Of a stretch of 64,000 nucleotides of DNA, positions 18,395 through 28,491 are shown in pieces (the stretch's first letter is position 1; every line of letters begins with the position of its first letter). The translations under genes were made by a program, and so were the position numbers. The DNA is from Planctomycetota bacterium. GTDB lineage: Bacteria > Planctomycetota > GCA-002687715 > CAIWVZ01. Below the pieces are notes generated by a model, which saw only the letters and a list, made by a program, of their open reading frames with translations, had not been told where the DNA came from and made no database searches. The stretch spans positions 64,001 to 128,000 of the forward strand of contig JBGANV010000011.1 of the NCBI GenBank assembly GCA_044222185.1, written 5' to 3'.

Positions 18395-21300
18395 ATGTCC
18401 ACGTCGTCCGCCTCCTCCGGCCCCGGCTCGCCGCTGGATCCGTCCCTCATGACGGTCGGCCACTACCGGGTCATTCGTGAGATCGGACGCGGTGGTCAGG
18501 GGACGGTCTACCTCGCCGAAGACACGCGACTCAGCCGCCGCGTCGCACTGAAGGTCGTCTCTCACGCCGTGCTCGGTGACCCGGCCGTCCTGCTGAGGTT
18601 CCAGCGCGAGGCCGCCGTCACCGCCAAGCTCGACCACCCGTCGATCTGCACGGTCTACGACGCCGGGCAGTCCGATGGGCTGTGGTACATCGCCATGCGG
18701 TACGTCGAAGGCGAGACCCTCGCGGGTCGAATCAACGCCGCCCGTCGAGGGCCCGACAGCGGAGGTCGCCTCGAGATCCGCTTCGATTCGACGACGAAGG
18801 ATCAGTCTCTCGGTGCCCGGTCCGTGAGCACGACGATCATCGAGCATCCTCGCAAGGAGGTCGGCAAGTCGGACACCACCGGCCCCACGACTCGGGGGGC
18901 GCTGCACGAGATCCTCGGACTGATGGAGAGGGTCGCCCGTGCCCTTCACGTGGCGCACGAAGTCGGCGTCATCCACCGCGACATCAAGCCGAACAACATC
19001 ATGTTGTCCGGCGAGGATCCGGTGATCCTCGACTTCGGACTCGCCCGTGACCTTTCGAGCTCGACGCTGTCGGTCGCCGACTCGGGCGCGCTCGTCGGGA
19101 CGCCCGCGTACATGTCCCCCGAACAGATCGCCGGCGACCGCGCAGCCGTCGACCGGCGAACCGACGTCTATTCGCTCGGGGTGACGATGTACGAATGCCT
19201 CACGCTCCGCCGGCCATTCGACGAAGCGACCCGGGATGCGCTCTACCAGGCGATCCTCCGCGGCGATCCGCCGGACCCGCGACGTCTGAACCGGGCGATC
19301 ACCGCCGAGATGGCCGTCGTCCTCGGCACGGCGATCGAGCGCGACCAGAATCGCAGGTACCAGTCGGCGCTCGCGCTCGCAGAGGACCTGCGTCGCATCC
19401 GTGCCGACGAGCCGATTCTCGCGCGGCCGCCGTCGATTCCCACGCGCATCGTGAAGTTCATCCGGCGCAACAAGACACCGTCGTCGGTGGCTGCGGCCCT
19501 TCTGCTCGTCGTGATCGCGCTCGCGACGGTGTGGTGGTTCAACCCCGGTGTGATCGCGGTCACGGTACGCGACCGCTCGGCACAGGTGCGCATCGACGAC
19601 GGCGCGGCGGTCGAGGTTCCCGCCAACGGCACGCACCGCTTCACCGTGTCGGCCGGACCCCACGCGGTCGAGATCATCGCCGTCGCACCGAAGACGGCAC
19701 GCACGTCGGCGTCCCACGACGAAGTCCACGTCCCTCGCGGCGGCGGCGTCATCAGCATCGAGCGGTTCGTGCCATCCGCCGATGGCGTGATCCAGCTCGA
19801 GTCGACGCCGCCCGGCGCGCACGTCGTCATCGTGACGGAGTGGGGCGAGACGATCGACGTGGCCCAGCCCACGCCGACGATGTTCAGCGTGCTGGCCGGG
19901 CGACATTCCGTTCGGTTCACGCTCGAGGGTTTTCCTCCGGGCGAGCAACCTCTGGATCTGACGCCGGGGGCCCGCGGCGTCTCGTGTCACCACACCTGGG
20001 CCACGGGGTCGCTGGCACTCTCGACAGACCAGGATGGCACCCAGGTCGAGGTCCTCGCCGCAAGAGGCCCGTCGAACGGTCCGTCGATCCGCACGATCAC
20101 GCTCCCCCACCCCGAGCCGATCGCGCTCCCCGCGGGCCGCTACACCCTTCGCACGCGCCTCGCCGAGCATGAGACGCAGTCGATCGATGGTGACGACGCG
20201 ATCGAGATCCGTCCCGGAGAGGTCAGCCGCAAGTTCGTCTGGCTCGAACCCTGGACCCGGACCGTCGACACGTCGGTCGCGGAGGGCGAGATGTTCGCGG
20301 TCATCGACCTGGACGGCGACGGCGTCTTCGAGCTCATCGCAGGCGGCGCGCACGGGGTCGTCGCGCTCTCGCTCCAAGGTGCGAAGCGATTCGACGTGGC
20401 GACGCAGACGGCCGTGACCTCGCTGGCGGAAGTCGACGTGGAGGATGCGGGCGCGTCGGACGTCGTCGTGACCACCATGGGAGGGGACGTGATCCTTCTG
20501 CGCGGCGACGGGACGCGGCGTTGGACCCGGACGTTCACCGCGCCCGACGCGCCGGTCGCGACCGACGTCCACCGCGTGGCCGTCGCGGATCTGAACGGTG
20601 ACGGTCGACCGGAAGTGATCGTGGGCCTGCTTTCCGGACGGATCGAGATCCTGGATGCGGTGAGCGGAACGACGACGGCGGCGACTCCCCTCGAGGATCC
20701 GCTGCGCGAGTTCATCGTCACCGACGTCAGCGGCGACAAGAACCCGGAGATCGTCGCGCACGTGATCACTCGCACGCCGACCTTCGCCGTGCTCCCCAAC
20801 TCGCGCATCGTCACCATCGGCGCGGACGGCCGGATCTCCAAGACGGTGCCGGTGAGCGTCCGAGTCGAGCGTCTCGTGGCCCTGGACGCCAGAAACACGA
20901 GCGACGCGCGGTTCGCGCTCGTCCTCTCCACGGGCAGGATTCTCGGCATGGGCGCTGGAGACGGGGCCCTCTTCGAGCTCCGTACGCCGTCGCGGGCGTT
21001 CGAGATCGACGGGTTCGCGTCGAGCGTCCGCACTCGCGACCACGCGCCCGTGATCGCCGCGTGCTCTCGAGACGGGGTCCTGGCGATCGCGCGCCCACCC
21101 GGAGGTTTCCGAACCTCCATGAAGATGACGGAAGCGGCGAGCCGTCTGACCTTCACCGATCTGGACGCCGACGGCGAAGACGAACTCGTCGCCGGTTCAG
21201 CGGACGGAGACCTCATCGTGTTCGGCTCCGATGGCAGCCGCAGGTTCGCCTCCCGCGTGGACGGGCGCGTCACGGCGGTCGCTCGCTGCCAGGGGCTTGC

Positions 21301-23356
21301 ACGCGCCGGGTTCGCCGTCGCCACGGAGACCGGCGAGCTCACGGTCTTCACGGCAGACGGCCGCAAGCGCATGGAAGCTCACGTGCGCCGACCGGGACAG
21401 CTCGCCTACGAAGACCTGGATGCCGACGGCGAACCCGAGCTGATCGTCTCCAGCAGCGGTGGTCGACTCACGGTGTTCGCACACGATCGCAGCCGGCGGC
21501 AGGTCCTCCGCACGCGGGGGCAGATCGCCTGCATCACGGGTGCGCAGATCGACGGCCGAGACGAGCTCGTCTGCGGCGGTCGATTCGGCGTGCAGCGTTT
21601 CGACCGTGCGGGAGCGACTCTGGCGACCATCCCGACCGCGGCGGGCGTGGACGAAGTGCTTGCGACCGATCTGGACGACGACGGAAAAACGGACTTCGTC
21701 ATCCGTTCGACGCAGGGGAACCTGGACGTCCTCCGCCCCGATGGCAACCCTCGCGCACGCTTCCGGACGAGCTCACCAGAGGCGATCGTCGCAGCGAATC
21801 TGGGACCCGATCGGCGCAAGTCGCTCCTGTACTCGACGCTCGCCGGCGATCTCCAACTCGCCTTCGCCGACGGCACGACGCGCGAGGTCCACCGCGGCAT
21901 CGGCTTCATCAGCGCGCTCGCGGTCGGTGACATCGACGGCGACGGCAAGCCCGAAATCGTCAGCAGCCTCGCTGCCGGACGCTTCCCCTACGGCCTCGCG
22001 GCCTTCCGAGTGGATGGGACGGTCCTGTTTTCGCAGCAGCGGCTCGGGGCGCCCATCCGCATCGAATTGCGCGACGTCGACGGGGATCAACGACCGGAGA
22101 TCGTCGCCTGGACGCACGGGCGCGCGAGTCCGATCACGCAGAGGAACGAGGCGCCGAAGCCGGGGCGGCTTTCGATCCTCCGCGGCGACGGCACGGCGGT
22201 CCTCGACATCACCCAACTGGACGAAGAGTCGCCCGCATCGCGGATCGTCGATCTGAACGGTGACGGCATCGCCGAGGTCGTCGCGGGCGTGCGCGTCGCC
22301 GGGCTCGAACACGGGATCGCCATCGTCGCGCTCCCCGGGCGGCGATTGGCGCAGTGGCGCATCGACGGGTCGTTGACGGCGATGGACCTCGCGGACGTGG
22401 ACGGCGACGCGGCGCCGGACGTCGTCGCCGTGAGCGGGGCCGGATTCGTGCAGGCGAACCGCGTGGACGGAACGCCGATCTTTCGCACGCGCGTTCCGGG
22501 CGCTCCGGACCACGTTCGCATCGTCGACTTCATCGGCGATGCGTCCCCCGAAATCGTCACATGGTCCGATCGGCGCGGGGCGACCGTCCTCGATCGCCTG
22601 GGGAGGCTCCTCTTCACGACACCATCGGACAATCCGACGACCGTCTGCGCCCTCGTCGAGGCCCCCGGACGCAAACGAGGGGATCTCGTGACGGGAGACG
22701 GGCTCGGCAACATCTCGCTGTGGAGCGTCAGTCGGCCGGATGAGCGGCTCCGCATGCGCGATGACCTGGAGACCGCCATCGCCGCTGCGCGTCACGGTGA
22801 TGAGGCTCGGGCGGCTCCCGCGTTCTCCACCGCGAGCCTCGCCTGGGTCGCGATCGATCCCGACAACGCATGGCTCACTCGCCTTCGCCTGGAGGCGGCG
22901 GCCATGACGTCGCCATCGGCGCGCCGGCTGGCAGCCAGATGGGATCACGCGGAGCCCGATTGGGTGGCCGGCATCCTGGCGAACGCGCGGTGGATCGCCG
23001 ACTCTCCGGCACTCTCGGTCACGCTGCGAACGATCGCGGGTGCCGAGGAGAGCGCGGTGGATACCGTGGCCGCGTCCGGCGACACCGGCTGGGTCGCCGT
23101 CGCGATCGCGAAACTCGCCGAACGCGCCGTGGAGGCTGCACGCCGGCGCGACCCGCACGCCCTCGCGACTCTCGCCGTGGCTCTGTGGTACGCCGACCGG
23201 GAGGCTGACGCCGATCGCGTGGCGACCGAGGCTCGGACGCGCGCGCTGGAACTGGGCGGCCGCGCGCGGGACGAGATCGATCTCGCGCTGAAGCAGCTCC
23301 GTGACTTTCCATCCGTGCCTCGGCCCGAGAGCCGCGGGACGCGCTCACCGCGCTGA
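18395..23356 (+). CDS. Receptor-like Ser/Thr kinase with PEGA-like and FG-GAP/VCBS repeat ectodomain
   Basis: GRGGQGTVY, HRDIKPNN, DFG, GTPAYMSPEQ; TM SVAAALLLVVIALATVWWF; PEGA-like ESTPPGAHV; many DLDGDGxxE/D repeats. Confidence 0.92.
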   Translation: MSTSSASSGPGSPLDPSLMTVGHYRVIREIGRGGQGTVYLAEDTRLSRRVALKVVSHAVLGDPAVLLRFQREAAVTAKLDHPSICTVYDAGQSDGLWYIAMRYVEGETLAGRINAARRGPDSGGRLEIRFDSTTKDQSLGARSVSTTIIEHPRKEVGKSDTTGPTTRGALHEILGLMERVARALHVAHEVGVIHRDIKPNNIMLSGEDPVILDFGLARDLSSSTLSVADSGALVGTPAYMSPEQIAGDRAAVDRRTDVYSLGVTMYECLTLRRPFDEATRDALYQAILRGDPPDPRRLNRAITAEMAVVLGTAIERDQNRRYQSALALAEDLRRIRADEPILARPPSIPTRIVKFIRRNKTPSSVAAALLLVVIALATVWWFNPGVIAVTVRDRSAQVRIDDGAAVEVPANGTHRFTVSAGPHAVEIIAVAPKTARTSASHDEVHVPRGGGVISIERFVPSADGVIQLESTPPGAHVVIVTEWGETIDVAQPTPTMFSVLAGRHSVRFTLEGFPPGEQPLDLTPGARGVSCHHTWATGSLALSTDQDGTQVEVLAARGPSNGPSIRTITLPHPEPIALPAGRYTLRTRLAEHETQSIDGDDAIEIRPGEVSRKFVWLEPWTRTVDTSVAEGEMFAVIDLDGDGVFELIAGGAHGVVALSLQGAKRFDVATQTAVTSLAEVDVEDAGASDVVVTTMGGDVILLRGDGTRRWTRTFTAPDAPVATDVHRVAVADLNGDGRPEVIVGLLSGRIEILDAVSGTTTAATPLEDPLREFIVTDVSGDKNPEIVAHVITRTPTFAVLPNSRIVTIGADGRISKTVPVSVRVERLVALDARNTSDARFALVLSTGRILGMGAGDGALFELRTPSRAFEIDGFASSVRTRDHAPVIAACSRDGVLAIARPPGGFRTSMKMTEAASRLTFTDLDADGEDELVAGSADGDLIVFGSDGSRRFASRVDGRVTAVARCQGLARAGFAVATETGELTVFTADGRKRMEAHVRRPGQLAYEDLDADGEPELIVSSSGGRLTVFAHDRSRRQVLRTRGQIACITGAQIDGRDELVCGGRFGVQRFDRAGATLATIPTAAGVDEVLATDLDDDGKTDFVIRSTQGNLDVLRPDGNPRARFRTSSPEAIVAANLGPDRRKSLLYSTLAGDLQLAFADGTTREVHRGIGFISALAVGDIDGDGKPEIVSSLAAGRFPYGLAAFRVDGTVLFSQQRLGAPIRIELRDVDGDQRPEIVAWTHGRASPITQRNEAPKPGRLSILRGDGTAVLDITQLDEESPASRIVDLNGDGIAEVVAGVRVAGLEHGIAIVALPGRRLAQWRIDGSLTAMDLADVDGDAAPDVVAVSGAGFVQANRVDGTPIFRTRVPGAPDHVRIVDFIGDASPEIVTWSDRRGATVLDRLGRLLFTTPSDNPTTVCALVEAPGRKRGDLVTGDGLGNISLWSVSRPDERLRMRDDLETAIAAARHGDEARAAPAFSTASLAWVAIDPDNAWLTRLRLEAAAMTSPSARRLAARWDHAEPDWVAGILANARWIADSPALSVTLRTIAGAEESAVDTVAASGDTGWVAVAIAKLAERAVEAARRRDPHALATLAVALWYADREADADRVATEARTRALELGGRARDEIDLALKQLRDFPSVPRPESRGTRSPR

Positions 23357-23367
23357 CCGCCGGCGAC

Positions 23368-24897
23368 TCAGTACCACTCGGTCGTGTACACGTTCTGCGT
23401 GATGCCCACGAGCGAGATGTTCGCGGCGACCGTCGCCGTGGTGAGGTCGAAGATCACGAGACGCGCCGGGCTCAGCGCCGTGAAGCAGCAGAACCGGGCG
23501 TCCGGCGAGATCGACGGCCCGTTGGCGCTCACGAGGAGCGGTGAACCCGCCAGGTACGGGGTGAGCACGTAACCCGGGCTCGCGGTCGGCGTGAAGTCCA
23601 CGCGGACGAGGGGCCCACCGCTCACCTGGTCCGTCGCGACGATGAACGATCCGTCGCGCGACTGGGCCATGCGGTTCATCACCTGCTGCGGCATCTGGAT
23701 GTGTTGGACTCCAGGCGTGATGACGTCGAAGTCGACCCACGCGAGCGTGGGCACGTGGAACCGCCCGACCTGCTGCGCGCCCAGACCACCGAACGCGATC
23801 GTCACCCACTCGTCATCGGGCGTCACGGCGACGGAGCTGGCCAGCACGAGCCCGCTGATGGAAGGACACGGGGTCGAGACGATCACCTGCATGTAGTTGG
23901 GACTCGTGGGATCGGTGTCGACGAGCTTGAGCGGGCCTGGCGAGAGGTAGACGCCGGGGACCGCCGCGATCCGCCCACTTGGCGACAAGGCCCACCGCTC
24001 GAGCCCGAACCCGCCGGCAAGTCCGGTGGTCGTGGCGAGTTGCTGGCCGTAGGTCGCGCTCGCGGGATCGGCGTCGATGGCCACGAGTTCGCGGAAGTTC
24101 GCCTGGTTGCCCGTGGTTCCGGGAGGGACGACACCCGTGAGAGTGTAGAGGCGCTTGAAGTTCGGGTCGTAGCCCAGGCCATAGGTTGCGCCCGGGCCCG
24201 TGTAGACCGTCGACCAGGTCGTGGGCGACGTGCTCCGGTCGCCATGCGATACCGAATTCGTGATGCTGCTCGCGACGAAGAGATCGAGACCGCCGCGGGC
24301 GAACACCGCATCCGTGACGTTGTTCGTGAAGTTGTTGCCTCCCGTTTCGACGACGGTGTTCGTCACCGGGCTCACGACGTTGTAGGGATCCAGACTGCCA
24401 CCGACGGACGTGCCGACGAAGATCTGGGGCGGCATCGTGATCTCTGCCCGCAGCCCGGCGCTCGCCGCCAGGTTCCCTGGGTTGGTCGGGTCGTCGACGA
24501 ACACCTGTGCATAGTCGACGAAGCCCGCGAAGGCGGGGTTCATGAACGTCAAAGGCAGCGGGAAGAACGCCGACCCGGCGGCAACCGAGCCGGGCACGCC
24601 GCCGAGCGTGATCGGGATCAGCAGGATCAGGTCACTCGGAGTCGGGCTGATGAGCACGTTCACGTTCGCGAATGAGAACGAGGCGGGCTGGAGCGAGATG
24701 CCGAGCAGGGCATTCCCGCCACCGACGCCGTTGGCGATCGAGTAGCCGAACGACGCGTTCCCCATCCATGCCTGCGGGCAAGTCAACGTGGGCACGATGC
24801 CTCCGGGCCCGGGCGATCCGACGCCGTAGGAATCCTGCGCCGATGCGGCACCACAGAGGACAAGAAGCAGCACGCTCGCATTCAATCTTCGATTCAT
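23368..24897 (-). CDS. Secreted protein: shared domain at the N-terminus followed by a beta-propeller
   Basis: ATG 24897 with purine-rich RBS; signal MNRRLNASVLLLVLCGAASAQ; SYGVGSPG...YAQVFVDDPTNPGNLAASAGLRAEI, then propeller-like blades. Confidence 0.8.
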   Translation of the reverse strand: MNRRLNASVLLLVLCGAASAQDSYGVGSPGPGGIVPTLTCPQAWMGNASFGYSIANGVGGGNALLGISLQPASFSFANVNVLISPTPSDLILLIPITLGGVPGSVAAGSAFFPLPLTFMNPAFAGFVDYAQVFVDDPTNPGNLAASAGLRAEITMPPQIFVGTSVGGSLDPYNVVSPVTNTVVETGGNNFTNNVTDAVFARGGLDLFVASSITNSVSHGDRSTSPTTWSTVYTGPGATYGLGYDPNFKRLYTLTGVVPPGTTGNQANFRELVAIDADPASATYGQQLATTTGLAGGFGLERWALSPSGRIAAVPGVYLSPGPLKLVDTDPTSPNYMQVIVSTPCPSISGLVLASSVAVTPDDEWVTIAFGGLGAQQVGRFHVPTLAWVDFDVITPGVQHIQMPQQVMNRMAQSRDGSFIVATDQVSGGPLVRVDFTPTASPGYVLTPYLAGSPLLVSANGPSISPDARFCCFTALSPARLVIFDLTTATVAANISLVGITQNVYTTEWY

Positions 24898-24949
24898 CCT
24901 CGTCTCTCCATCGAACGACGTCGTCGGCACTGTCGTGCGACGCGCGCCG

Positions 24950-27900
24950 TCACTCGGGCCCCATCGGAGCCACCACCACCGTCCATTGGCGATCGCCGGG
25001 CTGCATGGGCTCAGCCTGAACGACCTTGAATCGCTTCACTCCGGCCTGGTTGCCGCTGCCGTACCGTTCGATGACGTGAACGACGTACGGTCGTTCCGCA
25101 TCGACGCTCGCCGTGAACTCGCCGCGGGCATCCGTGCGAGCACGCGTCCCGCAGAGCAGTCGGACCTGCTCCATGAGGCGGGGTCGGGTCCGATCGACGG
25201 TCATCGGCGCAGCCATGGCCTCGAACGCGGCGACGTCGTCGGCAGTCGCGCGCTGCGGAACGAGGAGGATGCTCGCCGCATCGAGCACGCCTCCGTCCTG
25301 CATGCGAACGACGCCGCGGATCGCGTGCAGGCGCTGCATCGCGATGGCGATCTCCTGCGCGTGCGTGGGATCGACGTTGACGGCTGACAGGAGCGCGCGC
25401 GGCGGCACCAGGTCCAACGCACGGACGCTCTCGACGGCGATGCGGGCCGGACCGGGCGGGAGCGACCAGATGGTGACTCGACCCGCAGCATCCGTGCGAC
25501 CCTCGTGATCGCCGCAAACCCGGAAGCCCCGGAGCGCACCTCCGCCGTAGGCTTTCACGCCGACCCCGGAGAGCGGCGCACCCGATGGATCCGTGACCTT
25601 CACGATCAGCGGTTCGCCAACGGGCAGAGTGATCGCGCCGACGTCCGCCTGGACGCCAGGGTCGAGACGCATCGCCGGAAGTTTGATCGTCGCATGCTCG
25701 GGCATGGCCACGAGCAATGAGACGTCGAGCGTGCTGGGCACGCCCGTGAGCGTGAACCGTCCGTCCCCGTCTGTCCGAGCGACCTTCGCACGAGACGCAT
25801 CACCGATCTCCGACGGCCACGATGCGACGGCGTCCAGGTCCTCGCGCCACGACACCGAGGCGCCGGGAAGCGGCACGCCGGCCGGATCGACGACGCGCCC
25901 CGCCACCGACGCGCGGTGAACGACGGGAATGACCAGAGCCGGCGGCGTGTAATCGCGAGTCGCGAGGATCCGCAAGCGGAGTTCGTCGCCTCGTCGGCGA
26001 ACGACGGGGTCGGGGGAACCGCGGCGCGACTCCGTGGCCGTCTCGAGCGGAAGTGCCGCCGTCTCGGGACCGGCGATGGCGATCCAGTCCGGCGCAGTGA
26101 CGCCGAACTCGCTCCACCCGTCGATGAGCGACGTGAGCACGAACGTCCCGTCCGGCGCGGTCCTCGTCCGCGAGACCGTCGATTGCGCCGCGACGTAGTT
26201 CGGCCGCGGGAACGCCGCGACGTCCACATCGCCGACGCCCTCCCCCGTTTCCGCGTCGATCACGATGCCGCGCGCGCTGCCGCCTCGGTGGATCGGGACC
26301 CGCACGGTCGCATCCGTGGCGGCCGGCACATCGAACGTCGCTCCGCAGAACGCGGGGTCGCGGTTGTGCATGGCGGACGTCCGTTCGGCGACCCAACCCG
26401 GCGTGTCGAGGACGACCTTGAGGACCTCGTCCTCCGGCACGTCGGCGACCATCGCATGGCCCGACTCGTCGGACACGACGACCTTCTCCCAGCCCAGGCG
26501 GCCGACACGAAGCATGAATCGGATCGGGGGCGGTGCACCGTCGCCGCTGCGCGGCTCGAAGGCGAGCGTGATCCGCCGTCCGCGCTTCATGGTCAGGATC
26601 GCGCGGCCCTGCTCGTCGAACGGTCGTTGCATCAGGAATGCACTCACGACGTCGGCAAATCCCGGCTTGCGCAGGCTGACTCGCTGGCGGGTGGGCAGGC
26701 GGCCGCCGCTGAATCGGTCGAGAAGCAGAAGGCGCGCGTCCGAGACGTATCCGGCCTGCAGGTCCAGGTCGAAGGTCCCGTCGGGCCCCGTCACCGAGTG
26801 ATCGGTCCACGGCGCGTCGAACGCATAGTCGCCGGCGCCGTTGCTGTGAATCGCCACGTGGACTCCCCCGAGCGGCTGCGCGTCGTCGTCGAGCACGATG
26901 CAGGGCACGGTGTCGGTCCGGTCGAGTTTCAGATCCACGGGTGCAAGGGCGGCACCGGCCACCACGCGGACGTCGCGCATCCCGATGGAGTACCCGAGAA
27001 GCCGCGCGACGATGCGGTGACGACCTGTCGGAACCCGCGCGAGGCTGAAGGCGCCATCGCCATCCGTCGACGTTTCGGCCAGCGCAGTCGGCGCGACGAA
27101 CGTCCGTTCGGCGTTCGCGAACCAGTCGTCGCGCGCCCGGCGCGCGTCGCCGGCCTCGGCGACGAGGACGCGCACTCCGAGCAGCGGCGTTCCCGCCGCG
27201 GTCGTCACGTGGCCGGTGATCGTCGTCGTGCGGGTTTCGCCGGCGACCTCCGCCCCGTCGGCCCGCCGCGAATCAGGGGCCTGGGGAGAGACGACTGCCG
27301 TGGACGGGTCGACCTGCAGGCCAGGCGATGACGTCGCCGGGCGCGCCGCGGCCGTGGGCGTCGGCGACGTCGGCGGAACGCTCATCGGGTCGATCGCCTG
27401 CATGGCCAGCCACGCCGTAGCGAGTCCGATCAAGAGCCACCCGCCGATCCCGAGCAGGGTCGCGCCGGCGACGGAAGCGGCGCTCACGGGAGCCGACGCA
27501 GGCAGCGCGAGCGGCAGCATCGCCAGGCTCCACGTCCGCCGGTCGCCGAATTCGGCATCGAAGCGCTCGCGCAGTTGGGCCAGGGCGCGGCTCAGCCGGT
27601 TGCGAACCGTCGTGACCGGAAGGGAGAGCCGCGCCGCGATCTCGCGAGGCGCCAGATCTTCGAAGTAGCGAAGCCCGACGACGGTTCGATACGGTGTGTC
27701 GAGCGCCGCGACCGCTTCCACGAGGCGGCGATGGAGTTCCAGCCGGTGAGCGATCTCGTCCGCGGCCCGCTCGGACTCGGCGCGCGCGACGACTGGTTCG
27801 GCGCGGCGACGGCGCACCGCCTTGCGGGCCGACTCGAAGGCGAAGTGACGGGCGACCTGGCGCAGCCAGCCTTTGGGCGACTCGAGACCCTCGGGCCGGG

Positions 27901-28033
27901 TGCGCAACGCCGCGAGCCAGGTCTGCTGAACGACGTCGTCGACCTGGTGCGGGTCGAAGACGAGACCGCGTACGACGCGGCGAACCCACTCGCCGTGAGT
28001 CAGGAGATCGTTCAATTCGAGGGACTTGGCCAT
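24950..28033 (-). CDS. ECF sigma factor with transmembrane C-terminal extension (carboxypeptidase-regulatory-like repeats)
   Basis: Sigma2 DDVVQQTWLAAL...GWLRQVARH; sigma4 LRYFEDLAPREIAARLSLPVTTVRNRLSRA; hydrophobic segment; repeated GxVxDxxGxPLxG...TDGDGxF. Start moved to ATG 28033. Confidence 0.88.
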   Translation of the reverse strand: MAKSLELNDLLTHGEWVRRVVRGLVFDPHQVDDVVQQTWLAALRTRPEGLESPKGWLRQVARHFAFESARKAVRRRRAEPVVARAESERAADEIAHRLELHRRLVEAVAALDTPYRTVVGLRYFEDLAPREIAARLSLPVTTVRNRLSRALAQLRERFDAEFGDRRTWSLAMLPLALPASAPVSAASVAGATLLGIGGWLLIGLATAWLAMQAIDPMSVPPTSPTPTAAARPATSSPGLQVDPSTAVVSPQAPDSRRADGAEVAGETRTTTITGHVTTAAGTPLLGVRVLVAEAGDARRARDDWFANAERTFVAPTALAETSTDGDGAFSLARVPTGRHRIVARLLGYSIGMRDVRVVAGAALAPVDLKLDRTDTVPCIVLDDDAQPLGGVHVAIHSNGAGDYAFDAPWTDHSVTGPDGTFDLDLQAGYVSDARLLLLDRFSGGRLPTRQRVSLRKPGFADVVSAFLMQRPFDEQGRAILTMKRGRRITLAFEPRSGDGAPPPIRFMLRVGRLGWEKVVVSDESGHAMVADVPEDEVLKVVLDTPGWVAERTSAMHNRDPAFCGATFDVPAATDATVRVPIHRGGSARGIVIDAETGEGVGDVDVAAFPRPNYVAAQSTVSRTRTAPDGTFVLTSLIDGWSEFGVTAPDWIAIAGPETAALPLETATESRRGSPDPVVRRRGDELRLRILATRDYTPPALVIPVVHRASVAGRVVDPAGVPLPGASVSWREDLDAVASWPSEIGDASRAKVARTDGDGRFTLTGVPSTLDVSLLVAMPEHATIKLPAMRLDPGVQADVGAITLPVGEPLIVKVTDPSGAPLSGVGVKAYGGGALRGFRVCGDHEGRTDAAGRVTIWSLPPGPARIAVESVRALDLVPPRALLSAVNVDPTHAQEIAIAMQRLHAIRGVVRMQDGGVLDAASILLVPQRATADDVAAFEAMAAPMTVDRTRPRLMEQVRLLCGTRARTDARGEFTASVDAERPYVVHVIERYGSGNQAGVKRFKVVQAEPMQPGDRQWTVVVAPMGPE

Positions 28034-28365
28034 GTCGTGCTCGGCGTACCGTCGACAGGATGCCGCAGGATCCCGATCATCTGGCCGTTTTTTTCGAAGG
28101 TCGGGGTTGCGATTGGCACGCCGCCGCGGGGCTTTGGCGCCACGGGTCGGCGGCGACGACGGCGCACCGGGGCCGGGCCGACCTGTCGAGGGCGGCGGCG
28201 GGGGGCCGGTTCCGCCGCATGCCGGCGGGATTGACGGGAGGCGGGCGCCGAAGGAGGCCGTCAGCGGAGCACCGGCGCTCGCACGCCCCCGGCGGGGCCG
28301 GTGGACGGTCCGCGCCCGGCCGCCTGGGCTCACGCCGCAAGCGAGCGCGGAGGAAGCGTGGGGGC

Positions 28366-28417
28366 AAAAAAAGACCGTCGCGCCAACTCGAGGGTGGGCT
28401 CGAGGCTGGCGCGACGG
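28366..28417 (-). terminator. Intrinsic terminator
   Basis: Long stem ccgtcgcgcca...ctcgag-loop-ctcgag...tggcgcgacgg followed on the minus strand by T7; 75 nt downstream of the stop at 28492. Confidence 0.75.
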
Positions 28418-28491
28418 AAGCACGATATTGCGGCTACGCCTTCCACCCCGTGCCGTTGAACGGGGCCGTCGGCGAGCCGCGGGCACTCACA

